From an uncultured Dehalococcoidales bacterium (GTDB taxonomy: Bacteria > Chloroflexota > UBA6077 > FW602-bin22 > JAMCYS01), in NCBI GenBank assembly GCA_964566935.1, contig CAZMKF010000011.1:1-46120 (forward strand): DNA of 46,120 nt, read 5' to 3'. Positions 15,366 to 25,610 of the stretch are shown one piece after another. The notes beneath the pieces were generated by a model. It searched no databases and was not told the origin of the DNA. It was given only the letters and a program-made list of their open reading frames with translations. How positions within the stretch are numbered: the stretch's first letter is position 1; every line of letters begins with the position of its first letter. The position numbers were made by a program, and so were the translations under genes.

Positions 15366-17608
15366 TTAATCAGAAGCGCCTCTCAGTGAGCGAAAACGGT
15401 TCAGCAGACGCATCAGCCTGCCTCTTTCGATCTTTGTCAGGTGGCTGCGCAGATCGGCGATGTACTCATCCTTCACGCTGATGGCTTCTTCGAGGTTGGC
15501 GATGTGCCGATGCCGGTCAGCAGCCCCACGCACAGCGTTGGTCAATAATGAGGGCGCCCCGTTCTCCAGATCGGTGGCCATCAATTCAATCAAGCGTAGC
15601 ATGTTATCCTGGGCCAAGGGCTGAAGCGCCGCAGCGGCAGAGAGCCCACCGGCCAGCACACTCGTCGCCGTGTCCAAATCCCCCTGCTGGCCCAGTTTGC
15701 TGATGAAATACGTCCAGCGGTAACTGGGGGCTACCTGGTCCGCCTCATAGTAGCGTCGATTGTAGGCCTCATCCAGTTCGCGGTGAAGCGTCTCGGAGTT
15801 GGGCATAGTCATCAGGTAGTGCTTGGCCAGCATCATTGCCAGCCAGCGGTGCACCTGGCCACTCGGCCCAGCCGCGAAGCGCCAGCCGGCCTGCTGCAAG
15901 TATCCCTCCAGCCAGTCACGCCGGGGCAGGCCGTTTTTGATGTGTTCCAGTAGCTGGTGCTGCTCACGCGCCAGTGCCATGTTATGAAAGGAATGCAACA
16001 GGCGCTCCGCCTGGTTGGCTTCTTCAGAAGAGAAGGGACAGGACAGTACCACTCCTCGCCTGCTAACCCTGATGCACTCCTCAATCATCAGCGAGCGGCG
16101 TTCCGCAGGCAGATGCTCCAATGTATCGAGGCTCACTACAAAGTCGAAACAACCGTCCGCGAAGGGCATCGAGCTGGCGTCCCCCGTTACGCTTGCCGCA
16201 CCGGGCTGCACGGCCAGATCGTACGAGACAACCCGGCTCGCCTCACCGATAAACGAGCGCAGAATCCCGGGGCCGCCGCCCACATCCAAGAGGTTAATCC
16301 GCTCATCGCCGGCATTTTGCAGTACGTTCACCAGCTCGGCCGCCCGCCGGTGCCGCTGATACTGATCGAACGGCAACGAAATCAGTTCCTCTTGCCTTAA
16401 CTTGCGGCAAACGGGCATGCGAACCTGCAAACGCCTGAGCTCGTTGTCCTCTGCCTCGAGCCGTCTCAGATAGTTGATCAGGGGCTGACAGACGTTTGAC
16501 CAATAATAGCGAGGCGCCAACGCGGCAAACCGGCTGCCGAGCTCGTCACCGCTGCGCAAGCGTCGACGCCAGGCGAGGATGGCCTCGGCCAAGGCGGCGG
16601 GTTCGTCTGCGGGTACCGTGCTGGCCACGCCGTGGGCGACCATGTGCTCGACAATGGCATCGCCCTCGGTTGCCACCACCGGCAGTGACGCCCAGATACA
16701 GTCAAGCAGGCGGGACCGGATGGCAAAGCGCGATTCCAGAGTGTCGTGGTTGAGCGATACCGCGAGGTCGGCGCCCAACAGGTAGCGCGCCCGTTCCAGG
16801 TACGGTACCCATTCGCCTGCGATGACCTGGGTGCCCAGCAGCCCCAGCTCCGTGGCCCGCCTGGTTACGGCGGCTGGCACAGTCATGTTGGCAGCTATCT
16901 CCGGGCTCGGGTGCTGCAGCCCCGGAAAGAGGAGCTTCACATCTGGCAGCAGACCGATCGCTTCCACGGCAGTCAATGGATCGAGCCAGTCCCAGACGCC
17001 CCCCGGCCACACTACGATGAAGTCCTCGCGGGAGAGGCCATGCTCACGGCTCCTGGCAGGTACCGGCATTTCGGGGGGTACGGCAGGTATACCCATCGAA
17101 ACCACGTCGATCAACTGGCGGAAGTTTGGATCATCCTGAAATGCGCCGGGAGTGAGCCTGCCGGCCGAGGAGAGCATGCCCAAGTAGAAATCGCGCGGAA
17201 AGCCCCGGCCCGCAGCAGATACTTCAGCGTGGAGAAATCCATCTCGCTCAACGCCGTGCGTTGCTGAAGCGACTGGTTACAGCGCAAGCTGAGGTTCTCT
17301 ATGGGGTAGGGGTCGTAAACATCGGCGATCAGCCGCCTGCCCAGCCTGGCCAGCTCAGGGTATTTGAGCACGGAGTATCCAGAGACCAGAATCACGTCCG
17401 CATCCGCCGCCAGTTCGCGAATTGTGGCAGCGTTGTCGCTGTGTTCAACCAGTCTGAACTCTTCAGGTTGCAGGCCGCCAGCCTGTGGCACGGCAAGCAC
17501 CACCGGGAACTCGGCTGCGAGCACGCGAGCCATTTCCCAGTTGCGGATGGCCGGTCCTGACATGGTGCTTCCCACCGCCTCGTGGCCCAGCATCAACAGC
17601 TTTGGCAA
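15366..17608 (-). pseudogene. Glycosyltransferase family 4 (GT-B) fused to a class I SAM-dependent methyltransferase with a C-terminal coiled coil; one frameshift near 17185-17200
   Basis: ORF 17111-17608 is the GT N-terminal half and runs up to ...STLKYLLRAG. ORF 15366-17183 continues in another frame with RDFYLGMLSSAGRL... and the GT C-terminal half. This is followed by LLDVGGGPGIL (SAM motif I), FDFVVSLDTLEHL and a heptad-rich tail. The shift coincides with a GGGG run. Confidence 0.75.
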
Positions 17609-17840
17609 GCCCGACCTCCCAATTCGGTAATCGGCGCAATGAACCGGCTACCATCAGCGGCCCCTTGAGGCCACATTCAGGCAGCGGCGTGACAGTCGGC
17701 AGGCGCCGCTGCTCGCCGTCAATTGATCGCCTGACCGCCAGCATCTTATGATGTATACTGGCTTGGGCTATTCTACACTCTGCCGGTCCGCGCTGTTTTA
17801 CCCTTGATCTCACCGTGCTTAGGGGGCCTAGGTCGGTACA

Positions 17841-19253
17841 ATGCAAAACAAGAGAGGCATCAGGTGGCTGCTCTCTGATCTAATCCTCTCCCTGTCGGCG
17901 CTGTTCCTTGCCACCGCCTTGCGCCGCTTTGTGCCCATGGGCTTCCCCCTGCCAATCGACGATGTGGCGCCGTCACCGCTGACGTTCCTGGCCGTGGCCA
18001 TCGGCTTTCCGTTGATCATGCGCAGCCTCGGTGTCTACCACTGGCGCTATCTGCTGAGACCAATAGCCTCCTCCGGGCGCGTCTTCATGGGGGCGGTGCT
18101 GGGCAGCGTTTTGTTGGCCTCTGTCCTCTTCCTCGTCTCGCGCGATACCTCGCGCCTGCTGCTGGTCTATTTCTTCTTCATCAGCAGCTTCTTGCTGGTC
18201 GGCTCTCGCTTCGCGGTCCACCATCTGATCAAGGCGCGCCGCCACAAGCGCTTGCGCAACAACTGTTTCGTGGTTGGCATGGGCCAAGCGGCGATTCGCA
18301 TCACCAGAATCATCGCCAAGGGTAGCGAACTAGCGCCCAAGGTGAACGGCCTACTGTTGTTCAACGGCGCCGTCGAATATGACCGGATCGCACCGGCTTC
18401 TCCCGTATCGACCTACCCGGTCGAGAATGCGGAGGCGATGGCTGAGCTGTTGATCCGTCACAGAGTGGGCGATATCATCATCGTCTTACCGTTTGCCAAC
18501 CCGGCCTTGGTGCCGGCTGTGGTCAACCAGCTGCATCGCCTGCCGGTTAGCGTGCGGGTCATCCCCGAGATAGACCCCGCCACCGTGGCAGTGGGGGCCG
18601 GTAAGCTCGGCCATGCTGCACCGCAAGGCGAGATCCCCGCCTTCCCCTGGCCGGCCCGGTTTGCCAAGCGGACGATGGACGTCGGCCTCTCGGGAGTGGC
18701 CATAGTGGTAACTCTGCCGATCATGCTGGTCATCGCGGTAGCAATCAAACTCGATTCCGGCGGACCCGTGATCTTCCGCCAACTGCGTGTGGGCGAGAAC
18801 GGCAGGCTCTTCCCCATGTACAAGTTTCGCAGCATGGTCAGCGGCGCCGATCGTGTGGGGCTGGCTGCCGCGCCGCACAAGACGAAGGACGGCAGGCCAA
18901 TCCACAAGGCCCGCAACGATTCACGGGTTACCCGGGTGGGCCGCTTCCTGCGCCGTTTCAGCCTGGACGAGTTACCGCAGCTGCTCAATGTGCTTCTTGG
19001 CGATATGAGCCTGGTGGGCCCGCGGCCTGAGATTCCGATGATAGTGCAGCACTACGAGCCTTGGCAGTGGACAAGATTCGCCTTGCCGCAGGGCATGACC
19101 GGCTGGTGGCAGATCAACCGCCGTGGCGACAAGCTGATGCACCAAAGCACTGAGACGGATCTCTACTACATCTACAACCGTTCGCTATGGCTCGACATCC
19201 GCATTCTCTTCCGCACTGTTATGGCAGTGGTGAGAGGCCGGGGCGCCTTTTGA
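17841..19253 (+). CDS. Polyprenyl-phosphate hexose-1-phosphate transferase (WbaP/EpsL-type bacterial sugar transferase), priming enzyme
   Basis: N-terminal TM bundle. The C-terminal domain carries AKRTMDVGLSGVAIVVTLPIMLVIAVAIKLDSGGPVIFRQLRVGENGRLFPMYKFRSM and DELPQLLNVLLGDMSLVGPRPE. Confidence 0.9.
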   Translation: MQNKRGIRWLLSDLILSLSALFLATALRRFVPMGFPLPIDDVAPSPLTFLAVAIGFPLIMRSLGVYHWRYLLRPIASSGRVFMGAVLGSVLLASVLFLVSRDTSRLLLVYFFFISSFLLVGSRFAVHHLIKARRHKRLRNNCFVVGMGQAAIRITRIIAKGSELAPKVNGLLLFNGAVEYDRIAPASPVSTYPVENAEAMAELLIRHRVGDIIIVLPFANPALVPAVVNQLHRLPVSVRVIPEIDPATVAVGAGKLGHAAPQGEIPAFPWPARFAKRTMDVGLSGVAIVVTLPIMLVIAVAIKLDSGGPVIFRQLRVGENGRLFPMYKFRSMVSGADRVGLAAAPHKTKDGRPIHKARNDSRVTRVGRFLRRFSLDELPQLLNVLLGDMSLVGPRPEIPMIVQHYEPWQWTRFALPQGMTGWWQINRRGDKLMHQSTETDLYYIYNRSLWLDIRILFRTVMAVVRGRGAF

Positions 19254-21205
19254 GTACGCCGTCCCGGCGCCGCCTCCCCCCATTGCTGGCCGGTCTGCAA
19301 GCCAACCGCAACTTGCTGCCCCTTCTCCTCCTCATCGCTATCGCCACCGCCCAGCTGGTGGCCTATGCCAACGTGGTACCGCTCTGGCAAGTACCGGATG
19401 AGCCGCGCCATTTCGCCTACGTACGCACCTTGCTGCTGCGATCGCAAGACCTTGATGCCCAGCCAGAGGTGGTGGAACGAGAGATCCTGAACTCGATGCG
19501 TGAACACGGTGTGTGGAGCGCCCATCGCCTCGCCCCGCCACCGGATACAGTAGTGGTGTTCGATGACGTCCCCTACATGCGTCAGAGCGCCTCGCCCGAG
19601 GGCCGCCAGCCAGCCCTCTACTACTGGCTCAACGCCTGGCTATTACGCCTCAGCGGCGAGCAAACGCTGGAGGGGCAGTTGCTGCTGGCGCGTCTGCTCT
19701 CGGGTCTGCTGGGCATCGCCACCGTAGCGGTAGCTTATGCCACGGCGCGGGTAGTGATGCCCGGCCAGCCCGGTTTCGCCCTGCTCACCGGACTGATCGT
19801 AGCGCTCATCCCACAACGCGCCTTCATGGCCAGTGGTGTCAACAACGACAACATCGCCATTCTGGCGGGCAGTCTCTGTTTCCTCGCCGTTGCGCTGCTG
19901 CTGGCCCGTGGCGTCAGTGGCCAGCGCATGTCTTTCCTGTTCGCCACGATGTTGGGACTATTCCTCACCAAGACAACCGCCCTGCCAATGCTCTTGGCGC
20001 CCTTCGCGCTGGTGTTGGCCCACCTGTTTCGCCGCCTCACAAGGGACCGCTCGCCTCGCCAGTTACTGCTGTTGACAGCGTTTAGCCTGGCCTTTTGCGT
20101 TTTCCTGGTGCCTTTGACGATAGATTTCGAGGGCAATGCCACTCACTGGCAGAAAGCCGGCAACATGCCAGGCTCTCGCCTAGTGGCGGAGAATCCCGCC
20201 GGTAGCCATGCCTTACGGGTTGTAGATGACGACCAAACAACTTACGAGACCCTAAGTCAACAGCTCTCACCCGAGGCAGTACGCCAGTTGGCGGGTCAGC
20301 AAATCACTTTTGGCGGCTGGGTGCGCACCGTTCAAGAGCAGCAATTCGGCCATCTGCAGGTGTTTGACGGATATGTCTGGCACAGTATCACTTTCCAGCC
20401 AACCTCAGACTGGCAATACGTAGCCAAGACGATAACACTGAGCCACTATCTCGATAGCCTCAAGGTGAATCTCAATGCCACCAAGGGTTCCGTTACGGAG
20501 TTTGGTGAAGTCCACTATGCCGGTGTCTATGTGGTTGCCGGGGCATTAGCCGACCACGGCTCACCCCAGTACAGCGACGGCGCCCGAACCCTGTTCTGGG
20601 ATGATTACCAATGTCACAATCTGGTATCGAACGGGGCGGCGACTGAAAGCGCGCCCGCCATACGGGGGGCAGCGTTTGCTTTAGCAGAGGCTATAGGCGC
20701 CGCAGACCTATTGAGCAAAGCTGACTTCCTTATCGACCTCAACCATTACCAAGCCGAATACAAGGATATCTACCGCTACTACGTAAAGCGAGCAAGCGAC
20801 AGTTTCTGGGCCTACTTCGGCTGGATGAGCACCAGGTTGGCGGAATGGCACTACCAGGCAATTGAAGTGGCGACCGCGCTCACCCTGTTGAGCGCTCTTT
20901 GTGGCCTGACAGTGGACCGGCGGCCGGCTACTGCGACCCTGCGCCGTCTGGTGCTTCTCAGTCTGGCGCTTGTGGTAGTCAGCTTCGCGGCCACCCTATT
21001 ACGGCAGATCCCGCCGCACGGAATGCCACAGGGACGCTACTCGCTACCTGCCGTAGGACCATTCGCTGTGGTAGCTGCTTACGGTTTGTGGGGCCTCCTG
21101 CCACCGAGATTCGCACCGTTATCGGTGCTCGTCACCGCCACCGGCTTGCTGGCACTCAATCTCGCCAGCATAAGGACAATCGCGGCCTACTTCGCTGGGG
21201 GCTGA
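19250..21205 (+). CDS. GT-C-fold membrane glycosyltransferase-like protein (ArnT/PMT_2/DUF2142-like) with an internal CBM-like beta-sandwich domain
   Basis: The first extracytoplasmic loop has VPDEPRHFAY (DE-type GT-C motif) and about 8 TM segments. A soluble insert at ~20125-20540 (FEGNATHWQKAG...GSHALRVVDD...ITFGGWVRT) resembles CBM4/9/22. More TM segments follow at the C-terminus. The start is placed at a TTG overlapping the upstream TGA (TTGA); the track starts at 19187. Confidence 0.55.
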   Translation: MSTPSRRRLPPLLAGLQANRNLLPLLLLIAIATAQLVAYANVVPLWQVPDEPRHFAYVRTLLLRSQDLDAQPEVVEREILNSMREHGVWSAHRLAPPPDTVVVFDDVPYMRQSASPEGRQPALYYWLNAWLLRLSGEQTLEGQLLLARLLSGLLGIATVAVAYATARVVMPGQPGFALLTGLIVALIPQRAFMASGVNNDNIAILAGSLCFLAVALLLARGVSGQRMSFLFATMLGLFLTKTTALPMLLAPFALVLAHLFRRLTRDRSPRQLLLLTAFSLAFCVFLVPLTIDFEGNATHWQKAGNMPGSRLVAENPAGSHALRVVDDDQTTYETLSQQLSPEAVRQLAGQQITFGGWVRTVQEQQFGHLQVFDGYVWHSITFQPTSDWQYVAKTITLSHYLDSLKVNLNATKGSVTEFGEVHYAGVYVVAGALADHGSPQYSDGARTLFWDDYQCHNLVSNGAATESAPAIRGAAFALAEAIGAADLLSKADFLIDLNHYQAEYKDIYRYYVKRASDSFWAYFGWMSTRLAEWHYQAIEVATALTLLSALCGLTVDRRPATATLRRLVLLSLALVVVSFAATLLRQIPPHGMPQGRYSLPAVGPFAVVAAYGLWGLLPPRFAPLSVLVTATGLLALNLASIRTIAAYFAGG

Positions 21206-22356
21206 CCATCAGCCAGGTGAGGCTCGCTGCCAGTGACATGGCCGATGGCTCGAGCGAATCCATCCACCATGTGCTTGTTATCCCACGTAGCGATGGTACG
21301 ACGTGCATTAGCCGACAGGCGCTCACGGAGGCCCGGTTCGTGGAGGATTCTATCCATCGCCCTCCGCAAGGCAGCGCTGTTGCGTTCTGGCACCACCATG
21401 CCGGTGACTTCGTGCTGCACCAGACCACCGGCGGCCGCGCCCACGGCATCGCTGGCAATCACCGGGGTCCCCTGATTGAAGGCCTCGTTCACCACCAGGC
21501 CCCACGGCTCCTTAAACATCGCTGTTGTCACCGATGGCAGAACCAAGACCCACGCCAGGGCGTAATAGATGGGTGTGCGTTCAATGGGAACGTATCCCGT
21601 GAAGCGTACACGAGCGCCGATTCCCAAGCGCAACGCAAGCTGCTCTAATCGCTTGCGTTCTCTCCCCTCGCCAGCCAACAACAAAACCGCATCGTCCTGG
21701 TTCAACGTGGCGAAGGCTTCCAGCAGATAATCCAATCCCTTGTCCGTTATTACTCGCCCAAGGTAGAGAATCACCTTTTGCTCGGGGGAGATTGCACACT
21801 CCGCACGCAGATCATCTATCTCTGATTGCGACACCGGCCGATCGTACGCACTATTGTCCACAGCATGCGTGGTAGTAAAGATGCGTGACGGCTCTGCGCC
21901 TTCACTCACCAGGTAGCGCTTAACATGGCTGCCGTATACCACAATGGCATCTGCGTGAGTGTAGATGTACTTGGTAAAAGGAAAGCCAAAGCGATGCGCG
22001 CGTGACTGCAGCCGGTGCCAGATGCCGGTCCACAACACAAAGGGCTTGCCTCTCAATCTGGCGATGAGATACACGACCGGCAGAGCAAACCGGCCGTTGA
22101 TGCATTTGACGTAAACGTCGTAATCGCCGCGCAGCAACTCCCGGACCAGTGTGGGAGTTACTCTTGTTCTGCCCAAGCGCACCCCCGGGAGATAGAGGCT
22201 GCGGAATTCTCCTTGCCAAATGCCGTTCCGCTGCTCCCAATGCCAATCATCCCCAGCGGAGAAGAAGAGGAAATCCGTATCGTAACGACGCGCAAGTTCT
22301 TCGAAAGTCCTAATGCGATAATGGGCACAGAAGTTAGTGACGAAAGCCACTTTCAT
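21187..22356 (-). CDS. Glycosyltransferase family 4 (GT-B)
   Basis: MKVAFVTNF..., GRVITDKGLDYLLEAF, GEGRERKRLE, and EPWGLVVNEAFNQGTPVIASDAVG (E-x7-E region). The start was moved to the ATG at 22356. Confidence 0.85.
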   Translation of the reverse strand: MKVAFVTNFCAHYRIRTFEELARRYDTDFLFFSAGDDWHWEQRNGIWQGEFRSLYLPGVRLGRTRVTPTLVRELLRGDYDVYVKCINGRFALPVVYLIARLRGKPFVLWTGIWHRLQSRAHRFGFPFTKYIYTHADAIVVYGSHVKRYLVSEGAEPSRIFTTTHAVDNSAYDRPVSQSEIDDLRAECAISPEQKVILYLGRVITDKGLDYLLEAFATLNQDDAVLLLAGEGRERKRLEQLALRLGIGARVRFTGYVPIERTPIYYALAWVLVLPSVTTAMFKEPWGLVVNEAFNQGTPVIASDAVGAAAGGLVQHEVTGMVVPERNSAALRRAMDRILHEPGLRERLSANARRTIATWDNKHMVDGFARAIGHVTGSEPHLADGQPPAK

Positions 22357-23561
22357 CTTGACACCGCACAAGCTATGCCCCGAGCCTCGGCCATCACTTC
22401 CTGACAAACCTGGTTCAGACTGCGCCAATGACCATCTGCACCCCATATCTGTTGGACCTCATTACGCCCGGCCTCACTAAGGCGTCCTAATAAGGATAGA
22501 TTCAACACACCAACAATGGTATCCCTTAGAGATGGTAAGTCTCCGACCGGGAATAGCAAGCCGTTACGCCCATCACTCACTACTGAAGCACGAGCTCCAA
22601 GATTCGAGGCAATAACCAGTGTGCCGGCAGCGAAACTCACCAAGACCACGTAGCACTGCGTTTCGTACCAGAGTGATGGCACTCACTGAAAAGTGACAAG
22701 CGCGCGCCACCCAACAACTCCAGTTTTCGTTTGCCCACCACTCTGCCCATTGACTCCACGTTGCTGCAGCCGAGCTGTTTAATCAGCACTGTAGCGCATC
22801 CAGATGTAGGCCATCTCCCAGTGTTCTCAGCGGAACTGACGGAACAGCCGCCATCGCCCGGATCAGGACATCTCCGCCCTTCTCCAGCAACAGCCGCCCA
22901 ATTATACACAACCTATCGTTCACACAACCGCATGGGCACAATATCCACGGGTTGTTCAGGCAGGAAACTACCCAACACAGTGACCTTATCTGGAGATGCC
23001 AATCCCTTTTCAATTCCTTTCGCAGCGCCAAACTCGATCGAAGCAATGAACCGGTTTGCCAATGAGAAGGTTCCTCATCGGCGATGCCAGCCAATTGCCA
23101 CCATATAAAGCGTGCTGCTCAGATAACTGTTTCTATGACAGCGACGGGGTACCGCATGGTAGGTTCGCCTTTCCAGTTCGCACACCCGGCCATTACTCAG
23201 AAAAACCCCATTCGGGCAAAGAAAGCGGTAGTATGCCACGTTTGCACGATCGGGATGACTGCATCAGCTAGAGCGCGGTAGGCAGAGGGGTAATGAGCGG
23301 GAAGACATTATGAACATGTGCAACATCCGGGCGCCAATCTCTCACCAACCGGGCTGTTTCCTCATGTGTACGGCGAAACGAAACGACATCCGTCAGCGCC
23401 TGGAAGCGTTTGCGCGCATCTAACCGGTGAAACTCCCGACTATCCCGCTGATAGAGACGTACATCACACCCGTGCTCTGACAACAACTGCGCTTGTGCCG
23501 CCACAGCTACTTCCTCGCCGTCGCGCACTCGATAGCGATTATGGATCTGCAGAACTCGCAC
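22353..23561 (-). pseudogene. Decaying glycosyltransferase family 4 gene with at least four frameshifts
   Basis: Collinear GT4 pieces lie in different frames:
- MRVLQIHNRYRVRDGEE...DVAHVHNVFPL (23268-23561)
- IPIVQTWH / YYRFLCPNGVFLSNGRVCE (~23130-23260)
- IIGRLLLEKGGDVLIRAMAAVP..GDG (inside ORF 22783-23094)
- LGCSNVESMGRVVGKRKLELLGGARL (inside ORF 22637-22909)
- PSLWYETQCYVVLVSFAAGTLVIASNLG...DGRNGLLF (22353-22682). Confidence 0.75.
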
Positions 23562-23671
23562 TACCGCACTTCAGCTAACACAATGTAATGATCTGTCAGC
23601 ACACCCGTGTAAAACTCTCGGGTGATCTTGCGTACCAGACTTCGCAATAACAGCGACAGCCTCACCAACGG

Positions 23672-24198
23672 TTAGGGCTGTCCATCTTTACGGAACAGAT
23701 ACGATTCGTCAGGCAGCGTAACCAGTTTCGCCATCACCACCTCGAGCGATCCTGTGACTGACAATAGCGACAGTAGGGATCGTTTGCTGAAACTGTTGGC
23801 GTGGTCCACCGCAGGGCGGTGGTCACGCTCGAACACTCTGCCCTTCAGCCATGTGTAGAGATTGTCTTCGAGCGGTACTTCAATGATTACATACCTCGTC
23901 ACCCGAGCGACTTCACAAAGCAAATGCAGCGGAGAGTCCACGTGTTCAAGTACGTGTGTCATAATTGCCGGATCGAATGATTTGTCATCTATGGGCAGAT
24001 GGGGGCAGTCGTACGTCCTTGCTTCCACCAGGCGGTAATATGCTGCCGACCTTTGGTGATTTGTACTGCCTCACTGCTGACCTCAACCACGTAAAACCTG
24101 CCCGCGAGTCCTAGCCTGGACAGCTTCGCCAATACGGCGCCAGTGCCAGCGCCGATCTCACTGACAGAGTCGACAGGCAGGTGACCCGCTACAGCCAC
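23672..24198 (-). pseudogene. Class I SAM-dependent methyltransferase, split by one frameshift near 23990-24030; true start unresolved
   Basis: ORF 23989-24198 has SAM motif I (VSEIGAGTGAVLAKL). ORF 23672-24028 continues with KSFDPAIMTHVLEHVDSP and RYVIIEVP. Homologous-looking sequence (YKTERVPYDSQHAGIDARGFEW) extends upstream to ~24290 with no obvious start codon. Confidence 0.65.
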
Positions 24199-24332
24199 TA
24201 TGTTGCGCGCTTTGATTCTTTCGCCAAGTTCGCGCCATTCGAAACCGCGAGCGTCAATGCCTGCGTGTTGGGAATCGTAAGGTACTCTCTCCGTCTTGTA
24301 CTTACCTTATCTGAGACTGAAGCCAGGATAGC

Positions 24333-25610
24333 CTAAGCATTTGGCGAGATGTCCTCCGCACTGGCAGTATCGCTCTCCCCACCAGTCAACCGTCCTACAG
24401 GCAAACACGCGCAGATCACATAAAGCACCCAGAATATCGAGTTGCGCGCCAGAATTGTGTTCTCGGTCAGATTGTAAAGGGCCACGAAGATCATGAACAT
24501 CAGGGGCCATCGCGCTGCGGCAGATGTTGAACGGCTGAACAAGGACAGAAGCCTCGAGACGATAAACGCCGCCGACAGACCGAGTAGACCTAGACCCACA
24601 AGGCCCAACTCAAGCCACGTGTCGAGGAATCCGTTGTGAGCGTGCGGCGGGCTCCACGGGTTTTCGAGCCACACCCGTGCTGATGGGCCTGACATGCCAA
24701 GCCAAAAGCCATCGTAACCGTACCCGAGCCAAGGCCGCTGCTCAATCATTTTCAGCACTGACTCCCATAGATAGGTGCGCCCAGTCAGGTGAGCGCTCTT
24801 TCCCAGGAGATCAAGTCCAAATGACAGCACATCAAAAACACCCCATACCTTACCCGCAAATGCCAGAACCAGACCACCAACAACCAGACCTAATGGGATC
24901 AGCGAACTCCGCCGTGAAAGCAGAGACACAAGCAGCAGGTAGATGAGCCAACTGGAGAGCAATACCACTACCGCCGTAGACGAGTGCGACAACACTACCA
25001 GCAACAGCGCCAAACCCAAGCCGGCAATATAGGGAATATGACGGCGCGCTGAATTCCACCTCAGACTAAAACACACTGCTGTCAAGGTGGCGACTCGTCC
25101 CAATGAGTTTTTATCTGTGAAGATCCCGCGCCAATCTCCGAGATGAGGCTCCGGTGAGATACCGTATGCAGGAACAAACAAAGATGATAGCAGTGAGGCG
25201 GCGCACACTACCACTAGTGCCCAGGAGAGCAACTCCAACTGTTCCTCAGGATCATACCGGGACACAACGTACAGGCCAACCGCAGTCGTACCGAGTAACG
25301 TAAGCCCCCTGCGCAGCGTCAAATCAGGAACGGCTGACCACCCCGCCGAGATGAATATGAACAGCATCAGCGGCCAAAGCGGCAGTGCGTTGATCGCCGG
25401 CAAGACGATGCTTCGCCAGCGGACCAGAAGCAAAAAGGCAACAACCGAGTAAACCGCAAACCAAACCACTTGCTGGAACGGGTCGCCTTCAGCTGCAGCG
25501 AGATCGACGCCCTGTAAAGACCGCCACAATGGCATGAACGCGCCTGTCAGCAGCACAAGCACTCCAAGCGTGAACATCTTCTCCCCTTGCCAAAAGCGGT
25601 CCTGCATCAT
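24333..25610 (-). CDS. wzy: O-antigen ligase / polymerase family membrane protein (Wzy-like)
   Basis: 425 aa with ~10-12 TM segments and a Wzy_C-type loop motif (SPPHAHNGFLDTWLELGLVGL). Confidence 0.75.
   Translation of the reverse strand: MMQDRFWQGEKMFTLGVLVLLTGAFMPLWRSLQGVDLAAAEGDPFQQVVWFAVYSVVAFLLLVRWRSIVLPAINALPLWPLMLFIFISAGWSAVPDLTLRRGLTLLGTTAVGLYVVSRYDPEEQLELLSWALVVVCAASLLSSLFVPAYGISPEPHLGDWRGIFTDKNSLGRVATLTAVCFSLRWNSARRHIPYIAGLGLALLLVVLSHSSTAVVVLLSSWLIYLLLVSLLSRRSSLIPLGLVVGGLVLAFAGKVWGVFDVLSFGLDLLGKSAHLTGRTYLWESVLKMIEQRPWLGYGYDGFWLGMSGPSARVWLENPWSPPHAHNGFLDTWLELGLVGLGLLGLSAAFIVSRLLSLFSRSTSAAARWPLMFMIFVALYNLTENTILARNSIFWVLYVICACLPVGRLTGGESDTASAEDISPNA

Noticed and set aside
20899-21648. 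249-aa plus-strand ORF spanning the end of the GT-C gene and the GT4 gene
   Set aside because: It is out of frame with the GT-C gene and antisense to a GT4 gene that has clear motifs. The translation is Arg/Gly/His-rich and featureless.
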